Positions 50,908-61,448 of a DNA stretch of 64,000 bases are shown piece after piece. The position numbers and the translations under genes were made by a program. Position 1 is the first letter of the stretch. The number at the start of each line of letters is the position of its first letter. Origin of the DNA: an uncultured Spirochaetota bacterium (lineage in GTDB: Bacteria > Spirochaetota > Spirochaetia > SZUA-6 > Fen-1364); assembly GCA_963753085.1 (NCBI GenBank), contig CAVWBF010000015.1, positions 25,821-89,820 on the forward strand, in the 5' to 3' direction. The notes beneath the pieces were generated by a model, which was not told the DNA's origin, ran no database searches, and saw nothing but the letters and a program-made list of their open reading frames with translations.

Positions 50908-52579
50908 ACTGTCTCAGGCAATCAAGCAGCTCGTTCAGGAGCGGGGGATTCCCGAGGATCTCGTCATGAGCACCATCGAGAACTTCCTGCTCGCTGCCTA
51001 CAAGAAAAAATACGGAGTGGTGGACAACGCCGTCGTCCGGTTCAGCGATGATGGGGCCGAGGTCACCCTTTTTGCCAAGAAGAAGATCGTCCTGGACGAT
51101 GACCTCGATGACCCCGTGTACGAGATGCCCCTGTCGGAAGCGCTGGAGCTGAACGAGGAGTGTGAGGTCGGGGATGAGCTTCTCATCGAGATCAACCCCA
51201 AGGAGTTCGACCGGGTCTCCGTGCAAAGCGCAAAGCAGAAGGCGCGCCAGAGCCTCCGTGAAATCCAGAAGGATACGCTGTACTCCGAGTTCAAGGACAA
51301 GGTCGGGGAGATGATCATCGGCTACTACCAGCGCGAGCGGAATGGGAACATCTACGTCGACCTGGGAAAAACCGAGGGCATCCTCCCGAAGAAATACCAG
51401 TCGCCGCGGGAGATCTATCACCCGAACGACCGCATCAAGGCCCTGATCTACGAGGTCGTGAAGACCCCGACTGGGCTGCAGATCGTTCTCTCCAGGAACC
51501 ACGCGGAGTTCGTCAAGAAGATCTTCGAGCTGGAAGTGCCCGAGATCTATGACAAGACCATCGAGATATCCAAGATCGTCCGGGAGCCGGGCTACCGGAC
51601 AAAGATCGCGGTGCGCTCGACGCGCGAGGATGTGGACCCCGTGGGAGCGTGCGTGGGGCTCAAGGGCGTGCGCATCCAGGCCGTGGTCCGCGAGCTTGAA
51701 GGGGAGAAGATCGACATCCTCAGGTATTCCATCGATTCGCGAAGCTTCATCAAGAACGCGCTTTCCCCCGCCGAGGTGAACCAGGTGGTGATCCTGGACG
51801 AAGCAAAGAAGCTCGCCCTTGCCATCGTCCCGGACGCCCAGTTCTCCCTGGCAATCGGGAAGCAGGGACTGAACGTGCGCCTTGCCAACAGGCTGACGGA
51901 CTGGAACATCGACGTGAAGACGGAGACCCAGTTCTCGGAGATGGACATTTCCGCGGAAGCCAAGCGCGCCGTGTCCGCGCTGTTCGGGGAGACGGAAGAG
52001 GAGATCCAGAAGATCTCCGAGCTGCCGGGTATTCCCGAGCGCCTCGTGGAGATCCTCGGAAAGAACTCCATCACGGACATCGAGAGCCTCGTGGCTCTCA
52101 CCCCCGAGCAGCTTGCCGCCCTTGACGGGATCACCGCTGAAGACATCCAGACCATCCACAAGATCATCGAGGAAAACGTGGAGATCGTGGAGGAGGAGCC
52201 GGTGCCGGCGGCAGCGGAAGAGGAGCTCGCGGAAGAAGAGGCCGCGGCGGAAGAGGGTGTTGCTGAAGAGGCTGTCACGGAAGAGGCCGTCGCTGAACAG
52301 ACCGAGGGGCAGGAGGCGGAAGGGCCCGCGGCAGAAGCGGATGCCGCGGCAGAGCCTGCTGCCGCCGAAGCGCAGCCTGAGCCACCGGCCGCGGAAGCCC
52401 CCCCCGCGGAGGAGACCGTGGAGGAAGAGACGTACGAGTGTCCGGAGTGCGGCACGCCCATCACTCCCGACATGGCCACTTGTCCAAACTGCGGTGTCGG
52501 TTTAACCTTCGAGGACGACGCCGATGAGCCCGCGGAGGGGAAGACACCCGGCGCAGGCGGAACCGCCAAGGGAGAGTAG
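50897..52579 (+). CDS. nusA: transcription termination/antitermination factor NusA with acidic C-terminal extension and terminal zinc ribbon
   Basis: ATG 50897 lies 6 nt after GAGGAAG. S1 and KH regions (GACVGLKGVRIQAVVRELEGEKIDI, AIGKQGLNVRLA). C-terminal Glu/Ala-rich tail, then YECPECGTPITPDMATCPNCG. Confidence 0.9.
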   Translation: MQSELSQAIKQLVQERGIPEDLVMSTIENFLLAAYKKKYGVVDNAVVRFSDDGAEVTLFAKKKIVLDDDLDDPVYEMPLSEALELNEECEVGDELLIEINPKEFDRVSVQSAKQKARQSLREIQKDTLYSEFKDKVGEMIIGYYQRERNGNIYVDLGKTEGILPKKYQSPREIYHPNDRIKALIYEVVKTPTGLQIVLSRNHAEFVKKIFELEVPEIYDKTIEISKIVREPGYRTKIAVRSTREDVDPVGACVGLKGVRIQAVVRELEGEKIDILRYSIDSRSFIKNALSPAEVNQVVILDEAKKLALAIVPDAQFSLAIGKQGLNVRLANRLTDWNIDVKTETQFSEMDISAEAKRAVSALFGETEEEIQKISELPGIPERLVEILGKNSITDIESLVALTPEQLAALDGITAEDIQTIHKIIEENVEIVEEEPVPAAAEEELAEEEAAAEEGVAEEAVTEEAVAEQTEGQEAEGPAAEADAAAEPAAAEAQPEPPAAEAPPAEETVEEETYECPECGTPITPDMATCPNCGVGLTFEDDADEPAEGKTPGAGGTAKGE

Positions 52580-52588
52580 AGAGCAGGT

Positions 52589-55207
52589 ATGCCCGAGGAA
52601 CTGGACAGCAGGAAGAAACTCAAGACCACGCTGATCAAGCACAAGAAGACCGAGGAGGAGGTGCCGCCGGCGGCGGAAGAGGCCTCTGAGAAAAAGAAGG
52701 TCGTCGTGGTCAAGAAGAAAGTCGTGGTGGTGGCCAAGAAGACGGTCCACAAGGCGCCATCCCCGGCTCCTGAGCCACCCCGGGAAGCCCCGCGGGCAGC
52801 CCGGGAAGCCCCTGCGTCCGAGAAGGTCGCAGAAAAGCCTCGAAGCGCACCTCCGGCGGCCGCGCGCGCGGAAGAGCCCGCGGGCGCTCCGCGGCGAGAG
52901 GAGCCGCGCATCACGGTGCGGTCCCCTGCGCAGGCTCCCGCCCAGGCGCCGGCGCGTCCGGCTCCTGCCCGCCCCGCGCCAGCGGCTCCCGCGGCTTCCA
53001 AGCCGGCCGCGGCAGGCCCCACCCGCCAGGCGCCGGCCGCCCACGACGCCCCCCGGCCGCGGTTCATTCCCACGGACAGGGGAGGGGAGCCGCGTCCTTC
53101 CGTGCGGGAATCTGTCCGGGAGAAGATGAGGCTGACGCCTCTTCCGCCCCGGCCTGCCGGCGGGCCCCCGCGCACAAGCGGCGGTCCCGGTGGCCCCCCG
53201 GGGCGCGGCCCCTTCCGCCCGGGCGGCCGGCCTCCTTCCCGGCAGCAGTCCGCCGGAGGCGCCTCAGGGCCCGCCCGGACCGAGGAAAAGAAGCCGCCCG
53301 CAAAGAAGTTCTTCTCCAAGGCCAAGAAAAAGATCGAGTACCCCAAGAGGAAGCACGATCAGCCCGAGGAGAAGTACCTCCAGGTAAAGAAGAAGACCGT
53401 CATCATGGCGAACCCTGTCCCCAAGGAGATCTCGATTACCGAGGGGATCACCGTTTCAGAGCTCGCCCGCAAGATGAACCTCAAGGGCTCCGACCTCATC
53501 CACAAGCTGATGGGCATGGGGATGATGGTCACGATCAACCAGCAGATCGACTCCGATACTGCCTCCCTCCTTGCCGCGGAATACGACTGCAAGGTCAACG
53601 TCGTGTCTCTCTATGACGAGACGGTGATCGAGGAGGAGAAGGAGAAGGAGGAAGACCTGCGGCCCCGGCCTCCCATCGTCACCATCATGGGGCACGTCGA
53701 CCACGGCAAGACGAAGCTCCTGGATGCCATCCGCAGCACGAACGTCGCGGAAGGGGAGTACGGCGGAATCACGCAGCACATCGGCGCCTACGCTGTCGAC
53801 CTGCCCCAGGGAAGGATCGTCTTCCTCGACACGCCGGGCCATGAAGCCTTCACGATGATGCGGGCGCGCGGCGCCCAGGTCACGGACATCGTGGTCCTTG
53901 TCGTGTCGGCCGTGGACGGCGTGATGCCGCAGACCATCGAGGCCATCAACCACGCCAAGCAGGCGGAGGTTCCCATCATCGTGGCCGTGAACAAGGTGGA
54001 CCTTCCCGAGGCCAACGTTGACCTGGTCAAGAAGCAGCTCACGGAGCACAGCCTGGCCCCTGAAGACTGGGGCGGTTCGACCATCTACAACCTGGTCTCT
54101 GCCCTCAAGAAGACCGGTATCAAGGAGCTCCTGGAAAGCATCCTCCTCCAGGCTGAGATTCTCGAGCTCAAGGCAAGCTATTCCGCCAGGGCATCGGGAA
54201 TCGTCCTCGAGTCCCGCGTGGACATGGGACGAGGCATCGTGGCCACGGTCATCCTCCAGAGAGGGACTCTCAAGGCCGGCGACTCGTTCGTCGCCGGGAT
54301 CTATTCAGGCAAGGTCCGTGCGATCTTCAACGACAAGGGAGAGAAGGTCACCGAGGCTACGCCCTCTCTTCCCGTGGAAGTCATTGGCTTCACCAGCATC
54401 CCCAACGCGGGGGACCCCTTCCAGGTCACGGATTCCGAACAGACCGCCAAGACCATCGGAAGCAAGCGCCAGGAGCTGAGGAAGCAGGAGGAGATGAAGA
54501 ACGTCAAGAAAGTGACGCTCGACAACCTCTACGAACAGATCAAGGAAGGCCAGATCCAGGGGCTGAATGTCATCATCAAGGCGGACGTTGCCGGCTCGGT
54601 GGAAGCCCTGAAGTCCTCACTGGAAAGGCTGTCCACCTCCGAAGTGAAGCTGGAGGTCATCCACGCCGCTGCAGGCGCCATCAACGAAGGAGACGTCCTG
54701 CTCGCCTCCACGTCCAATGCCCTGATCGTCGGGTTCCACGTGCGGCCCAGCGCCGCGGCGCAGAGCCTCGCTGATCGCGAGAAAGTGGAGATCCGCAAGT
54801 ACAACATCATCTACGACGCCCTGGAAGACATCCGCTCCGCAATGGAGGGCATGCTGAAGCCCGAGCTCCGCGAAGAGCAGATCGGGACAATCGAGGTGCG
54901 CAACACGTTCAAAATCCCCAAGATCGGCACGATTGCGGGGTGCTTCGTCACCTCGGGCAAAGTGCGACGCGGCTCCGACGTGCATCTCATCCGCGACGGG
55001 GTCGAGATCTGGAAGGGGAAGATCTCCTCGCTGAAGCGGTTCAAGGACGACGCGCGCGAGGTGGAAACCGGATTCGAGTGCGGGATCGGGTTGGAAGGCT
55101 TCCACGAAATCAAGGAAGGCGACATTCTGGAAGCGTACGAAACGCACGAGCTCGCCAGAAAGCTCGAAGGGAGCCGGGATGGCGGAAGTAAGGCTCCGGC
55201 GAATTGA
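52589..55207 (+). CDS. infB: translation initiation factor IF-2
   Basis: Pro/Ala-rich N-terminal region. GTPase motifs [18 protein letters not shown]-terminal domains conserved. Confidence 0.95.
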   Translation: MPEELDSRKKLKTTLIKHKKTEEEVPPAAEEASEKKKVVVVKKKVVVVAKKTVHKAPSPAPEPPREAPRAAREAPASEKVAEKPRSAPPAAARAEEPAGAPRREEPRITVRSPAQAPAQAPARPAPARPAPAAPAASKPAAAGPTRQAPAAHDAPRPRFIPTDRGGEPRPSVRESVREKMRLTPLPPRPAGGPPRTSGGPGGPPGRGPFRPGGRPPSRQQSAGGASGPARTEEKKPPAKKFFSKAKKKIEYPKRKHDQPEEKYLQVKKKTVIMANPVPKEISITEGITVSELARKMNLKGSDLIHKLMGMGMMVTINQQIDSDTASLLAAEYDCKVNVVSLYDETVIEEEKEKEEDLRPRPPIVTIMGHVDHGKTKLLDAIRSTNVAEGEYGGITQHIGAYAVDLPQGRIVFLDTPGHEAFTMMRARGAQVTDIVVLVVSAVDGVMPQTIEAINHAKQAEVPIIVAVNKVDLPEANVDLVKKQLTEHSLAPEDWGGSTIYNLVSALKKTGIKELLESILLQAEILELKASYSARASGIVLESRVDMGRGIVATVILQRGTLKAGDSFVAGIYSGKVRAIFNDKGEKVTEATPSLPVEVIGFTSIPNAGDPFQVTDSEQTAKTIGSKRQELRKQEEMKNVKKVTLDNLYEQIKEGQIQGLNVIIKADVAGSVEALKSSLERLSTSEVKLEVIHAAAGAINEGDVLLASTSNALIVGFHVRPSAAAQSLADREKVEIRKYNIIYDALEDIRSAMEGMLKPELREEQIGTIEVRNTFKIPKIGTIAGCFVTSGKVRRGSDVHLIRDGVEIWKGKISSLKRFKDDAREVETGFECGIGLEGFHEIKEGDILEAYETHELARKLEGSRDGGSKAPAN

Positions 55208-55526
55208 AAGCCTCCTCCGTGAAGAGATCTGCTCCATGATCTTTCAGGGGGAAATCAAGGATCCGCGGGTGGAGCGGCTGACCACGGTCACGGAGGTCAA
55301 CGTCTCTCGTGACCTGGGTCATGCCAAGGTCTGGGTGTCCCGGTTCGGGGAGAGGGCCGCCGTCGCGGAGAGCGTGGATGCCCTGAATCATGCCGCCGGC
55401 TTCATCCAGACGGTGCTCTCCAAGCGCATGTCCCTTCGGATCTTTCCGCATCTCACCTTTCTCATGGATGATTCAATGGAGAACGGTTTTCGCATTGCAA
55501 AAAAGCTTCGGGACGTCATGAGTTGA
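55179..55526 (+). CDS. rbfA: 30S ribosome-binding factor RbfA
   Basis: [44 protein letters not shown] is a typical RbfA pattern. Overlaps the infB end by 29 nt. Confidence 0.85.
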   Translation: MAEVRLRRIESLLREEICSMIFQGEIKDPRVERLTTVTEVNVSRDLGHAKVWVSRFGERAAVAESVDALNHAAGFIQTVLSKRMSLRIFPHLTFLMDDSMENGFRIAKKLRDVMS

Positions 55527-56407
55527 CGGAAGGCATCCTCCTTCTCGACAAGCCATCGGGACATACTTCTTTCCAGGCTCTCTCCCACATCAAACGAGTG
55601 CTGGGAACGGGACGCGTGGGCCATGCCGGGACGCTGGACAAGTTCGCCAACGGCCTTCTCGTGGTCCTGGCCGGACGAATGACGAGGCTTGCCGGTCTGG
55701 CAACGGCAATGGACAAGGAATACGTGGCCACGTTCACCTTCGGAAAGGAGACCGACACCCTGGATCCCGAGGGGGCGGTCGTGGCCGAAGGCCCGGTTCC
55801 CGCTCAGAAGGACCTGGAGGCCATGCTCCCCGAGTTCCGTGGAGAGATACGGCAAGTGCCCCCCGCATATTCCGCCGTCCACGTGGCCGGGACGCGCGCC
55901 TATCGCGCGGCGCGAAGGGGGGAGGCAGTCGAGCTTTCTCCACGACAGGTGACAATCCACAGCCTCACCCTCGTCTCCTTCGAGGCGCCCCACGCCACTG
56001 TACGAGTGGTCTGCTCAAAGGGAACCTACATCCGTTCGCTTGCGCGGGACATTGCGGCGCGGCTGGAAAGCCGCGCCTTTGTGTCGGCTCTTCGAAGGAC
56101 GCGCGTCGGCGGCTTTCGGGTGGAGGAAGCGAAGCGGCCTGAGTGCTTCGACCCGGCGACGGACCTTCTTCCGCCAACGCGCTTCTTCGAGGCATCCCCT
56201 GAGCTTCGCCTCCTGCAACTTCGCGAGGAATGGCGGGAGAAAGCCGCTCAGGGTGTCCCCGTCCAGGACGCCTTCTTCATGGTTCCCCCGGCAGCTGATG
56301 GAGTATTCGGGGCATTCAGCGCGGATGGCGAACTGGTGGCCGTGCTGGAAAGACGCCAGTCTCGCTACCGCTACGCGGCCACGTTCCCGTCGGAGGGCGC
56401 GAGGTGA
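55523..56407 (+). CDS. truB: tRNA pseudouridine(55) synthase TruB
   Basis: TTG start overlapping the rbfA stop. GILLLDKPSGHTSF, GHAGTLDKFANGLLVV (catalytic Asp), YSAV. Confidence 0.9.
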   Translation: MTEGILLLDKPSGHTSFQALSHIKRVLGTGRVGHAGTLDKFANGLLVVLAGRMTRLAGLATAMDKEYVATFTFGKETDTLDPEGAVVAEGPVPAQKDLEAMLPEFRGEIRQVPPAYSAVHVAGTRAYRAARRGEAVELSPRQVTIHSLTLVSFEAPHATVRVVCSKGTYIRSLARDIAARLESRAFVSALRRTRVGGFRVEEAKRPECFDPATDLLPPTRFFEASPELRLLQLREEWREKAAQGVPVQDAFFMVPPAADGVFGAFSADGELVAVLERRQSRYRYAATFPSEGAR

Positions 56408-57186
56408 GAATCGTTCCCTGGGCCGATCTCCTGGAAGGTCGGCAGGCCGTCCAGGACCCGGTCCGTATCACGATCGGGGTGTTCGACGGCCTTCACATCG
56501 GCCACCGGGAGCTCATGAACGCCATTGTCAGGGGGCCCGGACGGGGGGCCGCCCTCGTGGTGACGTTCCCGAAGAACCCTGTGCAGATCCTGGCCCCCTC
56601 CCGCTTCCCCGGCCTGATCCTCAGCTACCGCCAGAAGCTCGCCCGCATGTCGGAGCTGGGCGTCGGCGTGGCCGTGGCCGTTGACTTTTCCGATGAAATG
56701 AGTAATCTTTCCGGAAAGGCATTCATCGGCCTGCTGAGGGATAACCTAGACATCGAAAAAATAGTCGTCGGGGAAAACTTCCGTTTCGGCAGGAGCAGAG
56801 AGGCCGGTTGCCGAGACCTGAAAGAGATGCTTGTCGGCAGCGGGATTGAAGTGCAGGTCAGCCAACCCGTCCTCAGGGGCGGCACAATAGTATCCAGCTC
56901 CCGCATCAGGAAAATCATCCAGGAAGCTGATTTCGCGGAAGCCCGGGCGATGTTGCTGGCGGACTATACCCTCGATCTGCGCGATCTCAACGGCAGGAGC
57001 GAAGGAACGGGGATGCGGCGATTCCGCCGCGCGGACCTCGAGCAGGTGCTTCCCCGGCCCGGGCGCTACACCGTGAGCTGCGACTGCGACGGCAGGATGT
57101 GCGCGGCAGAGCTGGAGGTCCTCGAGGAATCGATCAGGCTCGCCGCGGACGCCGCGGAGAGCGCAACGAGCATCATCTTTCACTAG
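56404..57186 (+). CDS. ribF: FAD synthetase (FMN adenylyltransferase) domain protein, RibF-like with short atypical C-terminal region
   Basis: GTG start overlapping the truB stop. N-terminal nucleotidyltransferase motifs TIGVFDGLHIGHRELM, GENFRFG, VSSSRIR. Only about 75 aa follow, and I see no GFPTAN-type riboflavin-kinase motif in them. Confidence 0.7.
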   Translation: MRIVPWADLLEGRQAVQDPVRITIGVFDGLHIGHRELMNAIVRGPGRGAALVVTFPKNPVQILAPSRFPGLILSYRQKLARMSELGVGVAVAVDFSDEMSNLSGKAFIGLLRDNLDIEKIVVGENFRFGRSREAGCRDLKEMLVGSGIEVQVSQPVLRGGTIVSSSRIRKIIQEADFAEARAMLLADYTLDLRDLNGRSEGTGMRRFRRADLEQVLPRPGRYTVSCDCDGRMCAAELEVLEESIRLAADAAESATSIIFH

Positions 57187-57204
57187 AAAGGAGCATTGTG
57201 AGAC

Positions 57205-57474
57205 ATGCCACTGACAAAAGAGAAAAAGGCGGAAGTAATCACGACGTTCGGAGCGAACGACAAGGATACGGGTGCAACGGAGGTCCAGATAGCGCTTCTC
57301 ACCAAACGGGTGGACGAGCTGACTGAGCACTTCAAGAGGCATCCCAAGGACACCAATTCCCGACGCGGACTTCTGAAGCTCGTCGGTCAGCGGCGCAGAC
57401 TGCTTGCGTACTTGCAAAGGCGAAACCTCACGAAGTACCGCGAGCTCCTCGAGCGCCTGAACCTGCGCAAGTAG
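57205..57474 (+). CDS. rpsO: 30S ribosomal protein S15
   Basis: 89 aa. [49 protein letters not shown] is canonical S15. Confidence 0.95.
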   Translation: MPLTKEKKAEVITTFGANDKDTGATEVQIALLTKRVDELTEHFKRHPKDTNSRRGLLKLVGQRRRLLAYLQRRNLTKYRELLERLNLRK

Positions 57475-57490
57475 CGCGAAGGGACAACAG

Positions 57491-59740
57491 ATGGAACATC
57501 GTGTCGCATTCAAAATCGGGGAGGAAGAGCTCATCCTCGAGACCGGTAAGATGGCCAAGCAGGCCAACGGCGCCGTGTTTGCCCGACTGGGCGGCTCGGC
57601 GGTGCTCGCAACAGCATGCTGCGCGAGCAATGAAAAGGAAGATCTCGACTTCATCCCCCTGTCCGTCGACTACCTCGAGAAGTACTACGCCGCCGGAAAG
57701 ATTCCCGGCGGATTCATCAAGCGCGAGGGCAGGCCGAAGGACAAGGAGGTGCTCGTCTCCCGGCTCATCGACAGGCCCATCCGGCCCCTTTTCTCCCGGT
57801 TGTTCAAGCGCGAGATCCAGGTCATTCCCATGGCCATCTCGACGGACCAGGTCAACCCGCCTGACATCCTGGCCATGAACGCGGCCTCCGCCGCCATCAC
57901 GGTCTCCGACATCCCGTTCGAGGGTCCCATTGGCGCCGTGCGCATGGGCTACGTGGGCGGCGTGCTCATCGTCAACCCGACCTTCGACCAGATCGAGCAG
58001 AGCGAGATCGACCTCGTCGTTGCGGGAACGGCCAAGGGGATCACGATGGTGGAGGGCGGCTCCCGGCAGGTGTCGGAGGACCTCATCATCCAGGCCATCG
58101 AGATGGCGCATGTGACCATCCGCGAGCTGTGCCGGATCCAGACCGAGCTGGCCCAGAAGGCCGGCAAGAAGAAGCTCCCCCTGATCGAGAAGCCGTCGGC
58201 ATTCACTCTCGGAGATGAGATCAGGAAATGGGCCAGGGCCAGGCTGGATGTCGCCTGCTTCGTCAAGGGCAAGGAAGAACGCAGCAAGGCCATTCGGGCA
58301 GTTCGCGACGAGGCGCAGACGGCGTTTGCCGACCGCCTGGCGGAGACCGACATCCGGCCTTTCAAAGCCCTCTTCGAGGACATGGAGCAGGAGATCATGC
58401 GTTTCTCCATCGTTGAGAAGGGCAAGCGCACGGACGGGAGGCGTCCCGACGAGATCCGCCCCATTACCTGCGAGATCGATGTCCTCCCACGGACGCATGG
58501 CTCGGCGCTGTTCACCCGCGGAGAGACACAGGCACTTGTTGTCACGACGCTGGGCACGGCGCTCGATGAGCAGATCATGGACAACATCGACGGGGATACC
58601 AAGAAAAACTTCATGCTGCACTATAACTTCCCTCCCTTCTCCGTCGGGGAAGTCGGCCGGCTCGGCTCGCCGGGGCGCCGCGAGATCGGTCACGGGCACC
58701 TGGCGGAGAGGGCCATTGGCATGGTCCTTCCGAGGAAAGAGGACTTCCCGTACACCGTCCGAATCGTCTCGGAGATACTGGAGAGCAACGGCTCCTCCTC
58801 CATGGCCACGGTGTGCGGAAGCACGCTGAGCCTCCTCAACGCGGGAGTGCGGATCCAGAAACCCGTGGCGGGAATTGCCATGGGTCTTGTGAAGGAGGGC
58901 GAGAAGTTCGTCGTCCTCAGCGACATCCTGGGCGAGGAGGACCACCTCGGGGACATGGACTTCAAGGTGGCCGGCACGGAGGACGGGATCACCGCTCTCC
59001 AGATGGACATCAAGATCGAAGGGGTGAGCGCGGAGATCCTCCGCAAGGCTCTCGGCCAGGCGCACGACGGACGGATGCACATCCTCGGGATCATGAACAA
59101 GACCATTTCCCAGCCGCGCACCGACATTTCGGATTTCGCTCCCAAGGTCATCTCCCTGCGCGTGCCCACGGAAAAGATCGGGCTGATCATCGGGCCGGGC
59201 GGAAAGAACATCAAGGGCATGAGCGAGAAGACCGGGTCCCAGATCAACATCGATGATGACGGGACGGTCACGATCTACAACCGCCAGAAGGACGGCGCCG
59301 AAAAGGCGCAGCGGATGGTGGAGTCCCTCGTGGAAGAGGCCGTTGTCGGCAAGGTGTACACCGGTCCCGTGAAGAGGATCATGGACTTCGGGGCCTTCGT
59401 GGAGATCCTTCCTGGCAAGGAAGGGCTCGTCCACATCTCCAAGCTGGCGGCAACCCGGGTGGAGAATGTCAGCGACGTCGTGAAGGAAGGCCAGGTTCTG
59501 ACCGTCAAGGTCACCGAGATCGACCACATGGGACGCATCAACCTGGCAACCCTGGAGGCCCTTGAGGCAAATCCCGGGCTCATGAATGAAAGGCCCGAAC
59601 GGCGGCCTCCGCGCCGTGACGGTGACCGCCCCCCCGGCAGGTCGGACAGGAGACCGGGAGGCGACAGGCCCTACGGCGGACCCCGGGGAAGCTCCCACGA
59701 CGGGCCGCGCGGCGGGCCCCGCACCCACCGGAGAGATTAG
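57491..59740 (+). CDS. pnp: polyribonucleotide nucleotidyltransferase (PNPase) with Arg/Gly/Pro-rich C-terminal tail
   Basis: Two RNase PH domains (TGKMAKQANGAV, RTDGRRPDEIRPI, HGSALFTRGETQ), KH (IGLIIGPGGKNIK), S1 (GKVYTGPVKRIMDFGAFVEI). About 50-aa RG-rich tail. Confidence 0.95.
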   Translation: MEHRVAFKIGEEELILETGKMAKQANGAVFARLGGSAVLATACCASNEKEDLDFIPLSVDYLEKYYAAGKIPGGFIKREGRPKDKEVLVSRLIDRPIRPLFSRLFKREIQVIPMAISTDQVNPPDILAMNAASAAITVSDIPFEGPIGAVRMGYVGGVLIVNPTFDQIEQSEIDLVVAGTAKGITMVEGGSRQVSEDLIIQAIEMAHVTIRELCRIQTELAQKAGKKKLPLIEKPSAFTLGDEIRKWARARLDVACFVKGKEERSKAIRAVRDEAQTAFADRLAETDIRPFKALFEDMEQEIMRFSIVEKGKRTDGRRPDEIRPITCEIDVLPRTHGSALFTRGETQALVVTTLGTALDEQIMDNIDGDTKKNFMLHYNFPPFSVGEVGRLGSPGRREIGHGHLAERAIGMVLPRKEDFPYTVRIVSEILESNGSSSMATVCGSTLSLLNAGVRIQKPVAGIAMGLVKEGEKFVVLSDILGEEDHLGDMDFKVAGTEDGITALQMDIKIEGVSAEILRKALGQAHDGRMHILGIMNKTISQPRTDISDFAPKVISLRVPTEKIGLIIGPGGKNIKGMSEKTGSQINIDDDGTVTIYNRQKDGAEKAQRMVESLVEEAVVGKVYTGPVKRIMDFGAFVEILPGKEGLVHISKLAATRVENVSDVVKEGQVLTVKVTEIDHMGRINLATLEALEANPGLMNERPERRPPRRDGDRPPGRSDRRPGGDRPYGGPRGSSHDGPRGGPRTHRRD

Positions 59741-61005
59741 TGATCCTCACGGAAAAGCTGGCCAACGGAGCGACGCTGCTCCTGGAGCCGGTTGACCGCA
59801 CGGACACCCTTTGCATCGGATTCTGGTTCCTCCATGGTTCCCGCGACGAAAGCTCGGGGGAGAGGGGTTACTCTCACTTCCTCGAGCACATGCTTTTCAA
59901 GGGCACCGCAAAGAGAAGCGCCCTCGCCATAGCGCAGGAAATCGACCGGGTGGGAGGGATCATCAACGCCTTCACGGAGAAGGAATCCACCTGCGTCTAC
60001 ACCATCATACCGAAAGAACACCTTCGCCTCGCATTTGATGTCCTCTCGGACATGACCACCGGTTCCATCCTGGATACCTCAGAAATGGAAAAGGAGAAGG
60101 CGGTCATCGTGAACGAGATCAGGTCAGTGGATGATTCCCCAGAAGAGAAAGGCCACGACCGCTACCTGCGCGAGATGTGGGGAGATCATCCCCTTTCCCG
60201 CAAAATCACCGGTGAGGTGGAGGAAGTCCAGCGGATCAGCCGCGACGACCTGGCCCGCTTCTACCGCGAGCGGCTGGTGCCGGAAAACACCATTTTCGCC
60301 GTTGCCGGCAATTTCCCGGTCCAGGAGGTCCGCGACCTCGCGGCGGCAGTCTTCCCGTCTTCCAGGCGGGCCCCGGAGAGAGAGAAGCGGGCCTCACCGT
60401 CCTGGAAGAGGAAAGTCTCCGTCGTGCCGGACAAGTTCAACCAGGTCCAGGTCTACGCGGGCACCTGCTACGCCCTTGACCACGACCTCGCCCCCTACTA
60501 TACGTCTCTCGTGTTCAGCACGGCCTTCGGGGAATCGATGAGCTGCCGCCTTTTCCAGAAGCTCCGCGAGCAGCTCGGCCTCTGCTACACCGTCTACGCC
60601 TTCCGCTCCTTCTTTTCCGACGTCGGGATGTGGACCATCTATGCCAGCGCAACACCTCCGCAGGTGCGGGCCCTCCTGGGCGCTCTTGACGCTGAGCTTG
60701 CCCGTCTCCTCGCTGAACCCCTCAGCCGGCAGGAGATAGACGACGCCAAGAGCCATCTTGCCGGGGCCATGATTCTCTCCCGGGAGGACATGGAATCCCG
60801 CATGAAGCGACTGGTACGGCAGTTCGTCACCATGGGCCGGGTGCTCGAGTTCGACGAATCGCTGGCCGCTCTGCGCAATGTCGCGGATCGAGACATAGGG
60901 GAATTTGCCCGCAGCTGCCTGCGGCGGGATACCTTCAGCCTGCTCACCTATGGCACCCGCGGGCTCAGCGGGATGCGGAACTTCGATTTCACGTTTTCGG
61001 GGTGA
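59740..61005 (+). CDS. M16-family (pitrilysin/insulinase-like) zinc peptidase
   Basis: GTG start sharing one base with the pnp stop. Inverted zinc motif [11 protein letters not shown]. 421 aa. Confidence 0.85.
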   Translation: MILTEKLANGATLLLEPVDRTDTLCIGFWFLHGSRDESSGERGYSHFLEHMLFKGTAKRSALAIAQEIDRVGGIINAFTEKESTCVYTIIPKEHLRLAFDVLSDMTTGSILDTSEMEKEKAVIVNEIRSVDDSPEEKGHDRYLREMWGDHPLSRKITGEVEEVQRISRDDLARFYRERLVPENTIFAVAGNFPVQEVRDLAAAVFPSSRRAPEREKRASPSWKRKVSVVPDKFNQVQVYAGTCYALDHDLAPYYTSLVFSTAFGESMSCRLFQKLREQLGLCYTVYAFRSFFSDVGMWTIYASATPPQVRALLGALDAELARLLAEPLSRQEIDDAKSHLAGAMILSREDMESRMKRLVRQFVTMGRVLEFDESLAALRNVADRDIGEFARSCLRRDTFSLLTYGTRGLSGMRNFDFTFSG

Positions 61006-61448
61006 CGGCCGTGGATGCCTGGATAGTCAACTGCACCGTCGCGGGCGGGTCCCTGCCCGAATACCGTTCGGAGGGCGCATCGGGCGCCGATCTTCGGGCA
61101 GTGCTTGGGGAAGATGTCATTCTTTCGCCGGGGAAGCGCGCATTGATCCCCACGGGGCTCCAGATGGAGATACCTCGCGGCATGGAAGGACAGGTGCGGC
61201 CGCGATCCGGGCTGGCGTTGGAGCACGGCGTGACGGTTCTCAACTCCCCCGGCACGGTGGACTCGGATTACCGGGGGGAGATCAAGATAATCCTCATCAA
61301 CCTGGGGGAGAGCGATTTCCGCATCCAAAACGGCGACAGGATAGCCCAGATCGTGTTCAGCCCCGTTCTCCGGGTCTCCTTTCGACGCCAGGACGCCATC
61401 GCTTCAACCCCAAGAGGGAGCGGCGGCTTTGGCTCGACGGGGACGTGA
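61002..61448 (+). CDS. dut: dUTP diphosphatase
   Basis: GTG start overlapping the upstream stop. [36 protein letters not shown] and the C-terminal [10 protein letters not shown] motif. Confidence 0.85.
   Translation: MTAVDAWIVNCTVAGGSLPEYRSEGASGADLRAVLGEDVILSPGKRALIPTGLQMEIPRGMEGQVRPRSGLALEHGVTVLNSPGTVDSDYRGEIKIILINLGESDFRIQNGDRIAQIVFSPVLRVSFRRQDAIASTPRGSGGFGSTGT

Noticed and set aside
51592-53346. 584-aa minus-strand ORF antisense to the nusA 3' end and infB 5' end
   Set aside because: It is a mirror image of the Glu/Ala/Pro-rich coding repeats of NusA and IF-2 and translates to Ser/Ala/Gly homopolymer-like sequence. No start context and no family resemblance.
57428-59728. 766-aa stop-free ORF on the minus strand covering the whole pnp gene
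   Set aside because: The plus strand encodes a full-length PNPase with every domain motif. The antisense translation is low-complexity (rich in R, G, D, H, L, V) with no recognisable motif. Long antisense ORFs are expected in GC-rich genes because stop codons are AT-rich.
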